Positions 49,422 through 62,100 of a stretch of DNA of 64,000 nt are shown piece after piece. The DNA comes from Dendrobates tinctorius (taxonomy: Eukaryota). The DNA lies in assembly GCF_039654945.1 (NCBI RefSeq), contig NW_027361696.1, forward strand, positions 14,570,001 through 14,634,000, in the 5' to 3' direction. The position numbers were made by a program, and so were the translations under genes. The notes below the pieces were generated by a model, which was not told the origin of the DNA, made no database searches, and saw nothing but the letters and a program-made list of their open reading frames with translations. Within the stretch, counting starts at the first letter, position 1; every line of letters begins with the position of its first letter.

Positions 49422-49729
49422 TGCAATCCTGACGGCGGACGGGCGCAGGGTCCCGGTACTCCGACATCCGATAATTCGGAACATCCGATCGTCCGTCGAG
49501 CGCTGCTGCAAGGGCGGAAACACGGTCAGAACGGATCTTGGAGACCGCAGAATGGTTAACGGGGTAGCGGACCACCATCAGCCGCCACCGCAGACTCTTG
49601 TGCATATTGGTTGCAGGTTACGCTGCGCTCGTGCGGCTGCAGTGTGTGAACTCGTCCTTACAGGAGGTGGATTTTGTGGTGATTTTTTGCAGAAAACTTG
49701 CAATAGAAAAACGAGGAACAAACAGTGAA

Positions 49730-50079
49730 TCTCCCTCCACGTGAGTAAGGCCGCCTTCTCACAAACCGCAGGGAAGAACCGCCGCTCCGTGTGAATAGCG
49801 GGGATCATTACCCACGTGACCAGGGATGTTAGACATTTCCATGGCTACAGGCGCTTGTTGGTCGCTGTGTCCTCCGTGGCGCAGGCTTCGGCGCTGGGTC
49901 CTAGCTCCCGACCGCCGCTGTGATGTCTCCATTCATTGTGAGTCGGGGCTGGCGGGCTCTAGGGCACGGGAGGCGCCGCCCGCCCCGGAGGAGGATGGGC
50001 CTGAGCAGATTGGCTGCTAATCCGCCGAGTCCCGGGGCCGCCAGCAGCTCTGTCTTCAAAGCATGGAGTTGTGGTCCCG
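49730..50079 (+). promoter_or_regulatory. CROCC CpG-island promoter with X-box-like site
   Basis: E-boxes CACGTG near 49738 and 49813, ATTTCCATGGCTAC 49835-49848, reverse CCAAT (ATTGG) near 50009. Confidence 0.55.
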
Positions 50080-50118
50080 ATGAGCGCCGCGGAGCAGACG
50101 CTGGAGGCGGTGATACAG
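50080..50118 (+). CDS. CROCC: CROCC exon 1
   Basis: MSAAEQTLEAVIQ; in-frame TGA upstream at 50002. Confidence 0.8.
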
Positions 50119-53100
50119 GTCGGGCCCGGGTGTAGGCCGCAGCAGGGATCGGGGTGTCCGGGTCGGTAACGGGCGGCTGGAGTGAAGGGATGTGACCGTC
50201 GCTGTCACTCAGTCCCGCCGCAGCCGATCACTCCCTCCCCATCTTCTCTCCCGCTGCAGGCGCTCTCCGCCCAAGTGCTCGGATCCCGGGAACACAAGAC
50301 CCTCACAGACAGCGGAGACTCTGCAGACCCCCGACCTGCCCGTCTGCCGGCACGAATCCGAGAGATCGTCACCCGGAACCTGAGCCCCCCGCCGGACTCT
50401 GGTGAGAACCCCCAACCCGTGTACCCTGCCTGGAGACCCCACACCTCTGTACTACCCCCCCCCCCTTTACCCCTGCTCTTAGCTCTGTGACCCCCCCCGT
50501 GTCGCGGTGCCCCCCCCCCCCCCCCGTGTCTCGTGTCGCGGTGCCCCCCCCCCCCGTGTCTCGTGTCGCGGTGCCTCCCCCCCCCCGTGTCTCGTGTCGC
50601 GGTCCCCCCCCCCCCCGTGTCTCGTGTCGCGGTGCCCCCCCCCCCCCGTGTCTCGTGTCGCGGTGCCCCCCCCTTGTCTCTCGTGTCGTGGCGCTGTGGC
50701 CTCCCTCTCTCTCTCGCGTCGCCGTGCCCCTCCCCGTCTCTCGTGGCGCCGTGCCCTCCTGTACCGCCCTTTTTGCACCCTGCCCAAGCCCCTGTAGTTT
50801 TGGGGGTGATGACGGACCGTTGCTCCCTCTATATCTGGGTTTGGTTCATTTGCTGGTAGATCAGAGCCTCTGCAGCTGCTGTAGCACTACAACTCCCAGC
50901 ATGCACAGATGCGGATGTTGGGTCCGGGGCTACCAGGTGTTATAGGTGCTTTATCCTAAAGGGCAGCTCTTCTGAGTGACCTGAGTCACACTGGAGGGTC
51001 TTGGGGGGTCCTGACGTTTGCGCTTCCCGAGCCACCGCTGTGGGGGGGGCAGTGCCCTGTGTTGCCGGGTCCCTCATCGCTGTGCTCTCACCCCGTCCAG
51101 GCCTCGCTGAAGACATGTCGACACTTCTGTCTCTACAAGAGGAAAACCGCATCCTGCAACAAGAGCTGTCGCGGGTGGAGGACATGCTGGCGCAGAGTCG
51201 GGCGGAGCGGGACGAGCTTGCCATTAAATACAACGCCATCAGCGAGCGGGTAAGAGGCCGCGGCCCCCTGCCCACCCTCAGACCACCGCTGTGGACCTTA
51301 CCCCACACACCAGGACGTTGCCTGAGAACCCCGAATCCCCTGCACCCCACAGCCCCGTCTGCCATCTGGGTGTTATTTCCTCCCCTCCGCTACCTGTCAG
51401 TGAATGGAAACGTTCTTATTACACCCAGAGCTTTAGACCTGGAAGCGCTGACGGGGTCACATCAGTATCGTATCCCAAGAGCTCCGTGCTGGGGGACCCC
51501 TCTAACTGCTACTGCTTACTGGCAACATCGGTATATGTACAGCAGGTATAACCTGGGCATCTCCTGCATATAATGATATATGTACAGCTGGTATAACCTG
51601 GGCATCTTCTGTATATAATTATGTATGTACAGTCGGTATAACCTGGGCATCTCCGGTGTATAATGATATATGTACAGCTGGTATAACCTGGGCATCTCCT
51701 GCATATAATGATATATGTACAGCTGGTATAACCTGGGCATCTTCTGTATATAATTATATATGTACAGCTGGTATAACCTGGGCATGTCCTGTATATAATA
51801 ATATATGTACAGCTGGTATAACCTGGGCATCTTCTGTATATAATTATATATGTACAGCTGGTATAACCTGGGCATGTCCTATATATAATGATATATGTAC
51901 AGCTGTTATAATCTGAGCATCTTCTGTATATAATTATATATGTACAGCTGGTATAAGCTGGGCATCTCTGTATAAAATGATGTATGTACANNNNNNNNNN
52001 NNNNNNNNNNNNNNNNNNNNNNNNNNNNNNNNNNNNNNNNNNNNNNNNNNNNNNNNNNNNNNNNNNNNNNNNNNNNNNNNNNNNNNNNNNNNNNNNNNNN
52101 NNNNNNNNNNNNNNNNNNNNNNNNTGGGCATGTCCTATATATAATGATATATGTACAGCTGGTATAACCTGGGCATCTTCTGTATATAATTATATATGCA
52201 CAGCTGGTATAAGCTGGGCATCTCTGTATAAAATGATGTATGTACAGCTGGTATAACCTGGGCATCTCCTGTATATTATGATATATGTACAGCTGGTATA
52301 ACCTGGGCATCTCCTGTATATACAGTGCCTTGAAAAAGTATTCATATTCTGTGAACGCTTCCACATTTTTTCCATGTTATACCCCTAAAGTCTAAATATA
52401 TTTTATGGGAGGGCGTGTCCGGATGAGGAGCTGAGCGGATGCAGGCAGCGCTATCTCCGTGCTCCTGCAGACCTTCAGCGGCTCAAAGCAGCACATAACG
52501 ACTGGAGAAACCCGCACTATCGCTCACCACGTCCTCAGGCAGGGTCCGGGCATCGATGGGGCGCGCCATCAGGAGCAGGGGAGCAGCGCCGGGCAGGATA
52601 CTGGTCTTTGTACCAGCGCCTGGGAAAATCCAAGATGGCTGCCATGGAACTCACCATGCTGGTGGTGTGGAGCGCTCTGGGGGGTTGGATCTTCTGATAC
52701 CGGGTCAGACCTCAGTGTGATGGAGCAGGCACAGGAGGAGTTGGGCAGATCTTCACCCAGGTGCCCGAAGAAATCATCAGGCAGCAAACCGCAAGTATAT
52801 GCACCTGACACATGGCACAGTGCCACTCCCATCACAGAGGCCACACTAAAGTCCCTGCTAGGAGGCTATACATAGCGACATCACCTCAGCCTTCACTGCA
52901 CTACAGAAAGACATTGTGCACGTAGGGGACAGAACAGCCCATATTGAGGAGAAGCTGGAGGAGTTCAACACAGCCCACAACCAATTACTAGACGCTCACA
53001 ATGAGGCAGATGAGGAGATCATCGCTCCAAAACTGCAGCTGGCGGACCTGGAGAACCGCTCCAGGCGCAACAATCTGCGCTTCAGGGGGATACCAGAGAG

Positions 53101-56100
53101 CGTTGCTGCGGACGCATTGAAGGAGCTCCGAACTGATTTTTTACCGCACTATTCCCCGAGGCGGAACAGCGAGACCTCATAATAGAGCCCACAGAATCCC
53201 CAAACCCAGAAGTGCCCCCGCCTCTACGCCCAGGGATGTAATTGCCCGACTTCACTTTTACCACTTGAAAGAAGCCATCAGTATAGCAGCAGCAGCAAGC
53301 GGACCGGAGCTCCCGGAGAGATTCAAAAGCATCCTGGTGTTCACAGACCTCTCCACCGTCACCCTGAACAGAAGGCAGGAATTCACAGCCACCAAGATCC
53401 TGCGGGACAACAGGATCGCACACAAGTGGGGCTACCCGGTGAAGCTGATCATCACCAAGAATGGAACCACACAGGTCCTGACTCCTCCCCCCCCGAGGCG
53501 CCATGACTCTGCTACAGAAGTGGTTTCTGGCAAATGTGGACAAGGATACCAGCTCCCCATTATAGAAGAGGACGCCGCCCACATTGAGGAAAGAGTGGAT
53601 ATGAGCAAGAAAGCAGAAGAAAAAACTTTCTTTTCCACCATGGTCTGCGGAGGCATGAGAGGAGAATTTTCGTTTCCCTCTATACCACCCACTATATACT
53701 GGAGAGCGGAGCATATCCAGGAGGTTCACTTAGAACCGAACTCTATTTTGAAACTCTTAGTTTTTCACAAATTTAAGATTTGATTTTTGTTATTTCCCCT
53801 TTTTTCCTTAATTGTCTAGTAGTGACAGATTTTATCTGTACTTTGTATATGGTTCTTCACATTTCCAGCACTAATGTAAAAGGACTGAATAGTACATTCA
53901 AAAGATCCCTTCTATGGAAAGAGGCGCAATCCCTAAAAGCCGACGTACTATGTGTTCAGGAAACCCACCTAAATAGCACGGACACCCCCAGACTGCAGAA
54001 TGGGAACTTCCCATGCAATTCATAAAAGAGAGGAGTAGTAATTGCGATAAAGAACACCGTCGCCTTCCAGCTAATCACCAGCGTAGTGGATGACGAGGGC
54101 AGGTACGTTATCCTAGTCTGCACCATAAATAACAAAACCTACACAATTTTCTCCATTTACGCCCCTAATTCCAAGCAGATTCTATTTCTTAAACACACCC
54201 TGGCGGTAGTAGCAAAGGTTAAAAAAAGGCGCCCTTTTAGTCTGCGGGGACTTTAATATCACCCCTTGTCCCAACATTGACAAATCGGTACTCCCTCAAA
54301 AGAAAGAAAATACCCGCTGACTCTCTCAGACCCTCCTAGCGGAAGAACTCTATGATGTCTGGCGGGTTCTGCAGCCTCTGAACGGGATTACACCTTCTAC
54401 TCACACTCACATAGAGGTTACTCCAGAATTGATCTAATGGTCACAGATAAATGGTTATTACAGGACATCCAAACGGCCATGATAGGGAACATCACCTGGT
54501 CAGAGCACGGCCCGTCTCCTGCCAAATCATTGAGGGATATAACTACCCGACATATTCCCCATGGAGGGTAAATAATTATTTAATCACATCCTATAACATT
54601 AGGCCCCAATTACAGGAAGCATTATCAATATATTTCACAATTAATAACACACCTGATGTGTCCGTATCTACAGTATGGTGCGCTCACAAGGCCGACATCC
54701 GGGGTAAACTGCTCCAAATAGCGCCCAAAATAAAAAAGCGAGACTACACCAAATAGAGGAAACTAATTAAAATATAACCGCACTAGAAGAGGTGCACAAA
54801 CCTAATTCTCCAAAAGCTACAGAAGCTACGGTATGAATTATACCAACTGCTCCAACACAAATACGAGCAGAGTCTACGGAACAGTAAAGCCAAATATTAC
54901 TGGCAGGGAAGCAAAGCGGGCAAAATACTAGCCAACAAAATCAAAGCCAAAATGACCAAACTAAGGTTATCCCACATACAGGACGACCAAAAAACATAAT
55001 ATATAACATTAAGGAAATTGCCAATACCTTCTCAAATTATTACTCTTCCCTCTATAACCTACAGGAAAATACTGCAATACCACAACCCACCCCCAACTGA
55101 TAAATCAGTTCTTGGAGAACATACAACTCCATAAAATACCAGAAGAAGCATTACATATACTAAACCAACCAATATCCCAAGCAGAAATACAGCAATTAGA
55201 GGAACAAAAGACAAAAAGTCACCCGGCCCTAACTGACAAACGAGCGAATACTTCATAACATTTCAAGACATACTAATCTCTCACATGATGGCAAAAATTT
55301 TATGCAAACCGGGAAAATTCCAAGAGATGATTCGGGCAACAATTATACCCCTCCCCAAACCAGGGAAAACCCCTGATCGAACTGGCAATTTTAGGCCGAT
55401 GTAATTATTGAACACGGATCTTAAAATCCTAGCTAGGAACATCTCAGAAATAATCCCGGCCTTAGTGCATAAAGACCAAGTGGGATTCGTTAAGTCTAGA
55501 CAGACCCTGGATGGTACGAGGAGGATGATTGATATCATCCATATAGCTGGGGGTGGGCGGACCCCTTCTATGCTCCTCTCTTTGGATGACGAAAAGGTGT
55601 TCAATCGGGTGCAGGGGGGGAGGTTTCACGCGCTGTCCAGATTTGGGTTTGACGGTAATATAGCCCTGGCGATCACCCCTCTATATTCTAACCTGTCGGC
55701 CTCAGTTCTCATTTTGGGAATGTCAGATACATTTGATATCACTAATGGAGCGAGGCACGGGTGCCCACTCTCTCCCCTAATATTCGTGCTAGTAATCGAA
55801 CCCTTAGCTGAAAAAGATCTGATCACACCCTGGAATAACCGGTATTAAAATTGGCAATGCAGAGAATAAAATCAGTCTGTTTGCGGACGACATTATTTTA
55901 TCCCTTATTAATCCCGAAGAGTCGCTCAACAGAGTAATGGAAGTGACAGACTCATTTACCTGAGTGTCAAATTATAAACTGAATATCCCTAAATGCCAAA
56001 TTCTGACTCCGTTCTGTACCCTGTATACCTTAAAGCTAAGTACCCCTTTAGGTGAGTTACTGAAAATATAACATATCTTGGAATCCGCTTGGCGTCCTCA

Positions 56101-59100
56101 GTAGATAGAACGCTCTCACTAAATTATGAAGCTCTGAGACAAAAGATCAAAGGCGACATGCTGCTCATGAGACAACACGACATGTACTGGTTAGGAAGAA
56201 TAGCGTCTGTAAAAATGATCACAATCCCCCCAGATATTGTACGTATTCCGCAACCTCCCTATCACAGCCCCCATGAAAATACTCAGAGTTACAATCATAT
56301 TAAAATACATATGGCAGGAAAACAGCAGCGAGTCAAGGCCGACATGGGCAGCATGGTGGCTCAGTGGTTAGCACCACAGCCTTCGTGGGTTCGAATCCCA
56401 CCAAGGGCAACATCTGCAAGGAGTTTGTATGTTCTCCCCGTGTTTGTGTGGGTTTCCTCTGGGTTCTCCGGTTCCCTCCCACATTCCAAAGACATACTGA
56501 TAGGGAATTTAGATTGTGTGCAAACTGTAAAGCGCTGCGGAATATGTTAGCGCTATATAAAGATGATTATTATACTATATGTGGAGGGAGGTCTGGGCTG
56601 CCCCCAGTGGTGAGATGTTATAGAGCAGCCATACTCCAACAACTAAGACTGATGTGGAATGATAAGGATGACAGACACTGGATAGAAATCGAGAAACATC
56701 TCATAAAATCCCCAAATGTTGCATCTTTTTTTTTTTTTTTTTTTTCATATATCATTACTGGGCCTAATACCAGCTATGATAGGAAATTGTCTGCCACCAA
56801 AGGTTGAAGTGGCGCTGGGAGTGTGGAGCATTCTGATCAATAAACTGCATACTATTGGCGCTCTCTAAAGTCCCCATAGAGACTTTGGAGCGATGTATTC
56901 CGCATCTCCAGATTCGTAACTGGAAATCCCCGGGAGTCCTACTGATTGGGGGTATGTATGAGGAAGGAATATTGTTGTCCTTCTCTACAATCAGGGAGAA
57001 ATATCTCCTTCCACATATAGATCATTACAAAGGTATAACGTTCTCACAACCCTCCAAACTATATACAATAAGAGCACAGTCCATAAGCTACAACCATATG
57101 CTGGAGGAGACGTTCCCCTCTCTGGACTCATATCTCCACAAATGGGAGACAGATCTGCAATGCGGGATCATCCCGGGTCAGTGGCGGACGTCCTTCTCAA
57201 TGATTGGTGCACTTAGAGTTACCCTATCACCTGGAGGACCCCAGAAAGCTGCTGTACAGGTGGTACTTCACACAGTACAGATTGTCTAAGATCTACCGCA
57301 GCTCCCCAGATGTGTGCTGGAGGTGCGGAGTCTCCAACGCCGATATGTTACATGTCTGGTGGGACGGCCATAAAGTAAAGCGGCTCTGGGACGCAGTCTC
57401 CCATCCAGTGTCTCAGATTAGTGGCATCCCAATGAAAATTGGGAGAGAGCAGGCGCTTCTGGCCATTGACCTGGATTTAATTCCGCACGAGTTTCGGACA
57501 GTGATTGCGCACATCCCCATAGCTACTAGAATTAAAATCGCAGGATATTGGAAAAACCCCAAATGTCCGTCATTAACTGAGATCGTAGCTTTGGTGAATG
57601 ACAATCGTTTATCAGAGAAGACAATTGCTTCATCCACCAATAATTCAACATCATATCTCAGGAGCTGGGACAGCTGGAGGTCGTTCAGACTAAAGACTGC
57701 GGTCATAGAGATGTAATAGAGCTGTTAATGGTAATATACGGTATAATAATCTGATGTCATCACCACTTCTCTTTCCCTCTTTTTCCCATAATATCTAGCG
57801 ATGTTAAAATTTATATTATATTTAGCTGTCAAATAATTGAGAATTTTTGTAATGATGGAGGTCAAATGGTTGTTAAATATGAATATTTAAAATAAGTTTA
57901 TTGTTAAATATATTTTTTGGGGATTTTCTGTGATACAAACACTAAGTACCGTATTTTTCGGACCATAAGACGCACTTTTTTCCCCCAAAACTTTTGGGGA
58001 AAGTGGGGGGTGCGTCTTATGGTCGCAATGCACGGTACCTGGTGCGTTGGTGGCAGCGGGCGAGGCTCTGCGGTGCGGTGGTGGCAGCGGGCTGTGCTCC
58101 GGTGCAGGGGCGGCGGCTCCGCCGGCGTTTCTTCGCAGCCCGGAGGCCCCCCGCACACCCCTTGCTGGGCGCCGCCATGTTGCGGTGGCCTCCGGGAGCA
58201 TGGACGCCGGCAAGATGGCCGCCGGTCCGGGGACGGCGCATGCGCAGCTTCAGATCTCGTGCCGAGATCTCGGGGGACAAGATTCAAATCTCGGCAACGA
58301 GATCTCGTCCCCCGAGATCTCGGCACGAGATCTGAAGCTGCGCATGCGCCGTCCCCGGACCGGCGGCCATCTTGCCGGCGTCCATGCTCCCGGAGGCCAC
58401 CGCAACATGGCGGCGCCCAGCAAGGGGTGTGCGGGGGGCCTCCGGGCTGCGAAGAAACGCCGGCGGAGCCGCCGCCCCTGCACCGGAGCAGAGCGCCGCC
58501 CGCTGCCACCACCACAGAGCCCACCTGCCCCAGCACAGCTGCCCCTGCCCCAGCACAGCTGCCCCAGCACAGCCCACCCGCCCCAGCGCAGCTGCCCCAG
58601 CACAGAGCTGCCGCCAACGCACGAGCCTGGACCACTGAATGACCCCTGTGACTACTTCTCCACCTGTGCCGGATCCCTTCCCAGATAAGCTGAATTCGGA
58701 CTGTAAGACGGACCCCCATTTGACACATTATTATTTTTTTCCCTATTTTCCTTCTGAAAATTGTGGTGTGTCTTATAGTCCGAAAAATACGGTAACAAGT
58801 ATTTGCGACTGAGCTGTGGATCTGCATCTCCTCCAATGGCCTCTTGGCTGCTTCTCTAATCAGTACTCTCCTTGCTTGGGATGTCAGGTTAGGTGGACGG
58901 CCATGTCTTGAGATGTTTGCGGGTGTGCCATACTCCTTCCATTTTTGGACGATGGATTGAATAGTGCTCCATGAGATGTTCAGAGGTTGGGCTATTTTTT
59001 TTTTTTTTTTTTATAACCTAACCCTGCTTTCCTCTTCTCCACAACGCTATCCCTGACCTGTCTGGTGGGCTCCCTGTTTTTCATGATGCTGTTTGATCCC

Positions 59101-62100
59101 TAATGTTCTCACACAAACTTCTGTGGCCTTCGCAGAACAGCTGTAGTTATACTGAGGAGAAATCATACACCAGTGGACTCAATTTACTTGTGAGTTCTGG
59201 AAGTGATTGGTCATTTAGACTACAGGGGGCTGAATACAAATGGATCTCACAATTTTCAGATTTCTATTTTACAGTAATTAGTACACCACTGTATTTCCTT
59301 TACACATCATAAATACTTGTTACTTAGTGTTTGTATCACAGAAAATCCCAATAAATACATATGTCTGTGGGTGTAACAGGAAAAATGTGGAAGTTTATGG
59401 GGTATGAAGACTTTTTCAAGGCACTGTATACATCTAGTACGACCTGGGCGTCTCCTGTACATTATGATGTATGGGGTCTCTGCCTTCTCTGGTTCGGGGG
59501 CTGTCTCACCGCTCTTTCTCTGTTCAGTGTCTTGTCCGGGCAGGCCGCGGGCAGTGATGGGCGGCCGGCAGGCTCAGACTTGCCCGTCATCGCTTTGTCA
59601 CTGCCGCATTCATAGCCCTCATTCTCCCATCATCTGTTCCCACCAGATCCCCCACTGTGGATGTCTGCTCATCTCCATGGTGACCGCTGCCCCCTACACT
59701 GGGTGATGACATCACAGTTCTCCCATTATAAAGCTATAATACACGGCCGCTCATCCACCCCACCGGGCACTTTATGGCATTTTTCCCAGGATCCTGGATA
59801 ACCGTGCTGCACTGATACACTGTGACAAGCGTTCAGATGTGTGAGCAGGACTCGGACAGGATTTCACACTGTAAGCTAGTGTTTCTGTTCACTGACAGCA
59901 AGCGGAGTTGTAATATCATGGATCTAGCACTGTTCTTACACCACCCTATAATGAGAATTGCCTTGTTTGTGTCCGGGGGTCTGTCGTGTTCCAGGTTCCT
60001 GGGCATCGGTGCAGACTCCAGGAGAACCATCCTGTTATACCGGGTCGGTCAATGGTGGCACTGTTCTCCACTGCGGCTGTCATACTCCACTTATAATCTC
60101 CGGTCTGTTATATGATGACGTCTCCTCTCGGTCTGGCAGCTGGAGCAGAACCTGCGTCTGGAGACCGGCGAACTCGAGAGGGATTCCCTGGAGACGCGGA
60201 GCCTGGCGCAGCAGAATGTGGAGCTGCGGCGGCGGCTGGAGGAGGAGCAGGCAGCATATAAGCGTAAGCTACAGGCCTATCAGGAGGGGCAGCAGCGGCA
60301 GGCGCAGCTCGTACAGAAGCTCCAGGCTAAGGTGAGAGGGAGTAATGGCACTCGTGTGACATGTTCCCAAGATGTCTCTTCTGATCCCTTTCATCACTCT
60401 GGCAGGTCCTGCAGTACAAGAAACGGTGCGGAGAGGTGGAACAACAGCTTCTAGAACGTTCCACAGAGCTGGAGCAGGAACGTCTGAGCGTGAGTCTGAC
60501 CGGACACGACAGAGCGAGACCCGATCCCGAGCATTATGCAACAGGAAGGCTGCAGCGTAGTACCCATCTCTGCTTGCTGCCAGCGACTGCAGACATAATG
60601 CATCGTAGCCATCTAATAACCAGGCGGCAAACGTTCTCATTCATTGACTGCAGAGAGATCTGGACGTGTTAAACTGCAATGTTGCAGTGATTAATTATAG
60701 CATGGGAATGGCAGCAAATCGCAACCTGCACCAGGCAGGCGAAGCAATGCGATAAAAGCTACATCGGGCAGACGAAACAACGCAATAAAACCTGCACCGG
60801 GCCGATGAAGTGGCGCGATAAAACCCGCACCTGAAGCGACACGATAAAATCCGCACCAGGCAGACGAAGCGACGCGATCTATCCCACACCGGGTAGACGA
60901 ATCGACGCAATAAAACCCGCACCTGAAGCGACATGATAAAACCAGCACCTGGCGGACAAAGCGACACGACAAAACCCGTGCTGGTGCCGCACTCTCAAGC
61001 TCCATAGAATCCGTGATGTATAACGTGATTTTGGCGTTTTCCACCCAGGGCCGCCTGGAGCTGACGGACTCACGGCTGCGGCAGGAGGAGGAGAGCAGCA
61101 ATGAGCTGGAGAACGTTCTGATCCGCCTGGAGGAGGAGCAGCAGAGGTACGGGCTGCGGCCATTCACCAGACATTCTGATTAACTCTTTATACTCCACAT
61201 TCATTATTGTAATCCCAAACATATAAAGCATCAGAGGACATATTGGCTGATAACAGAGAGCACTAGTTCACCCATGTTTATGATTCGTGTCCCTTTTCTC
61301 CTGGTTTTCTGCTGTCACGCTCACTCTTTCCTGCGCCCACAGAAGCGCCAGCCTGACCCAGGTGAACGTGATGCTGCGTGAGCAGCTGGACCAGGCCAAC
61401 TCCGCCAACCAGGCGCTGAGTGAGGACCTGCGCAAACTGACATCCGACTGGACCAAAGCCCGCGATGAGCTGGAGCAGAAGGAGAGCGAGTGGAGGCGCG
61501 AGGAGGAGGTAAGGGTAACGCACCCGGGAAACAAACCACCCTGGCCGTCCGCCATAATGGCGGCCATTGCATTGCTGACATACTAGATTGACGCTGTCGC
61601 CCCCTGCAGTCCTTTAATGCCTACTTCAGCAATGAGCACAGTCGTCTGTTGTCGCTGTGGAGACAGGTTGTCGGCTTCAGGAGACATTTCAGCGAGATGA
61701 AGACAATGACGGAGAGGTGGGTGACCAGCTGGGGTTCTCTGACGTGCAGTTCTCGTGTCCCGGGTCTCACCACTCTATATGTGCAGGGACCTGTCGGTGA
61801 TGCAGAAGGAGCTGTCACAGTCCTGTCGCTCGCTGCATGCCTCCTGCCTGAACGTGAGCAGCTCCCTGCGCCTGGCCGAGAACAGCGGTGTGGTGGAGAG
61901 ACAAGCGTTACAAATGGCCCAACTGGACGAGCACCTAAAGGACAAAGTGCGAGATATGATCCAGCTGCAAGCCGCTTGCGATGCCGAGAAAGCAGAGCTC
62001 AGCGCAAGGTGCGAAGCCGCCCCAGTGCCAGCCATGGTGGCATGAGCCTGGCGCTTTGCGTGACGTTGATCTCCATTTATACCGTAGGGTGGCAGAGATG

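Larger units (their letters stand above)
52323..59426 (-). mobile_element. Internally deleted Tc1 hosting L1, SINE and MITE
   Basis: TA-CAGTGCCTTGAAAAAG ... CTTTTTCAAGGCACTG-TA; left TIR can be rebuilt after removing inserts; transposase relic on minus ~58800-59085. Confidence 0.88.

Noticed and set aside
51991-52124. N run
   Set aside because: Assembly gap; true satellite length unknown.
56346-56405. tRNA gene
   Set aside because: A/B boxes are the head of a SINE; no full cloverleaf.
57887-58836. Identical peptides on both strands
   Set aside because: Consequence of the DNA palindrome in a MITE.
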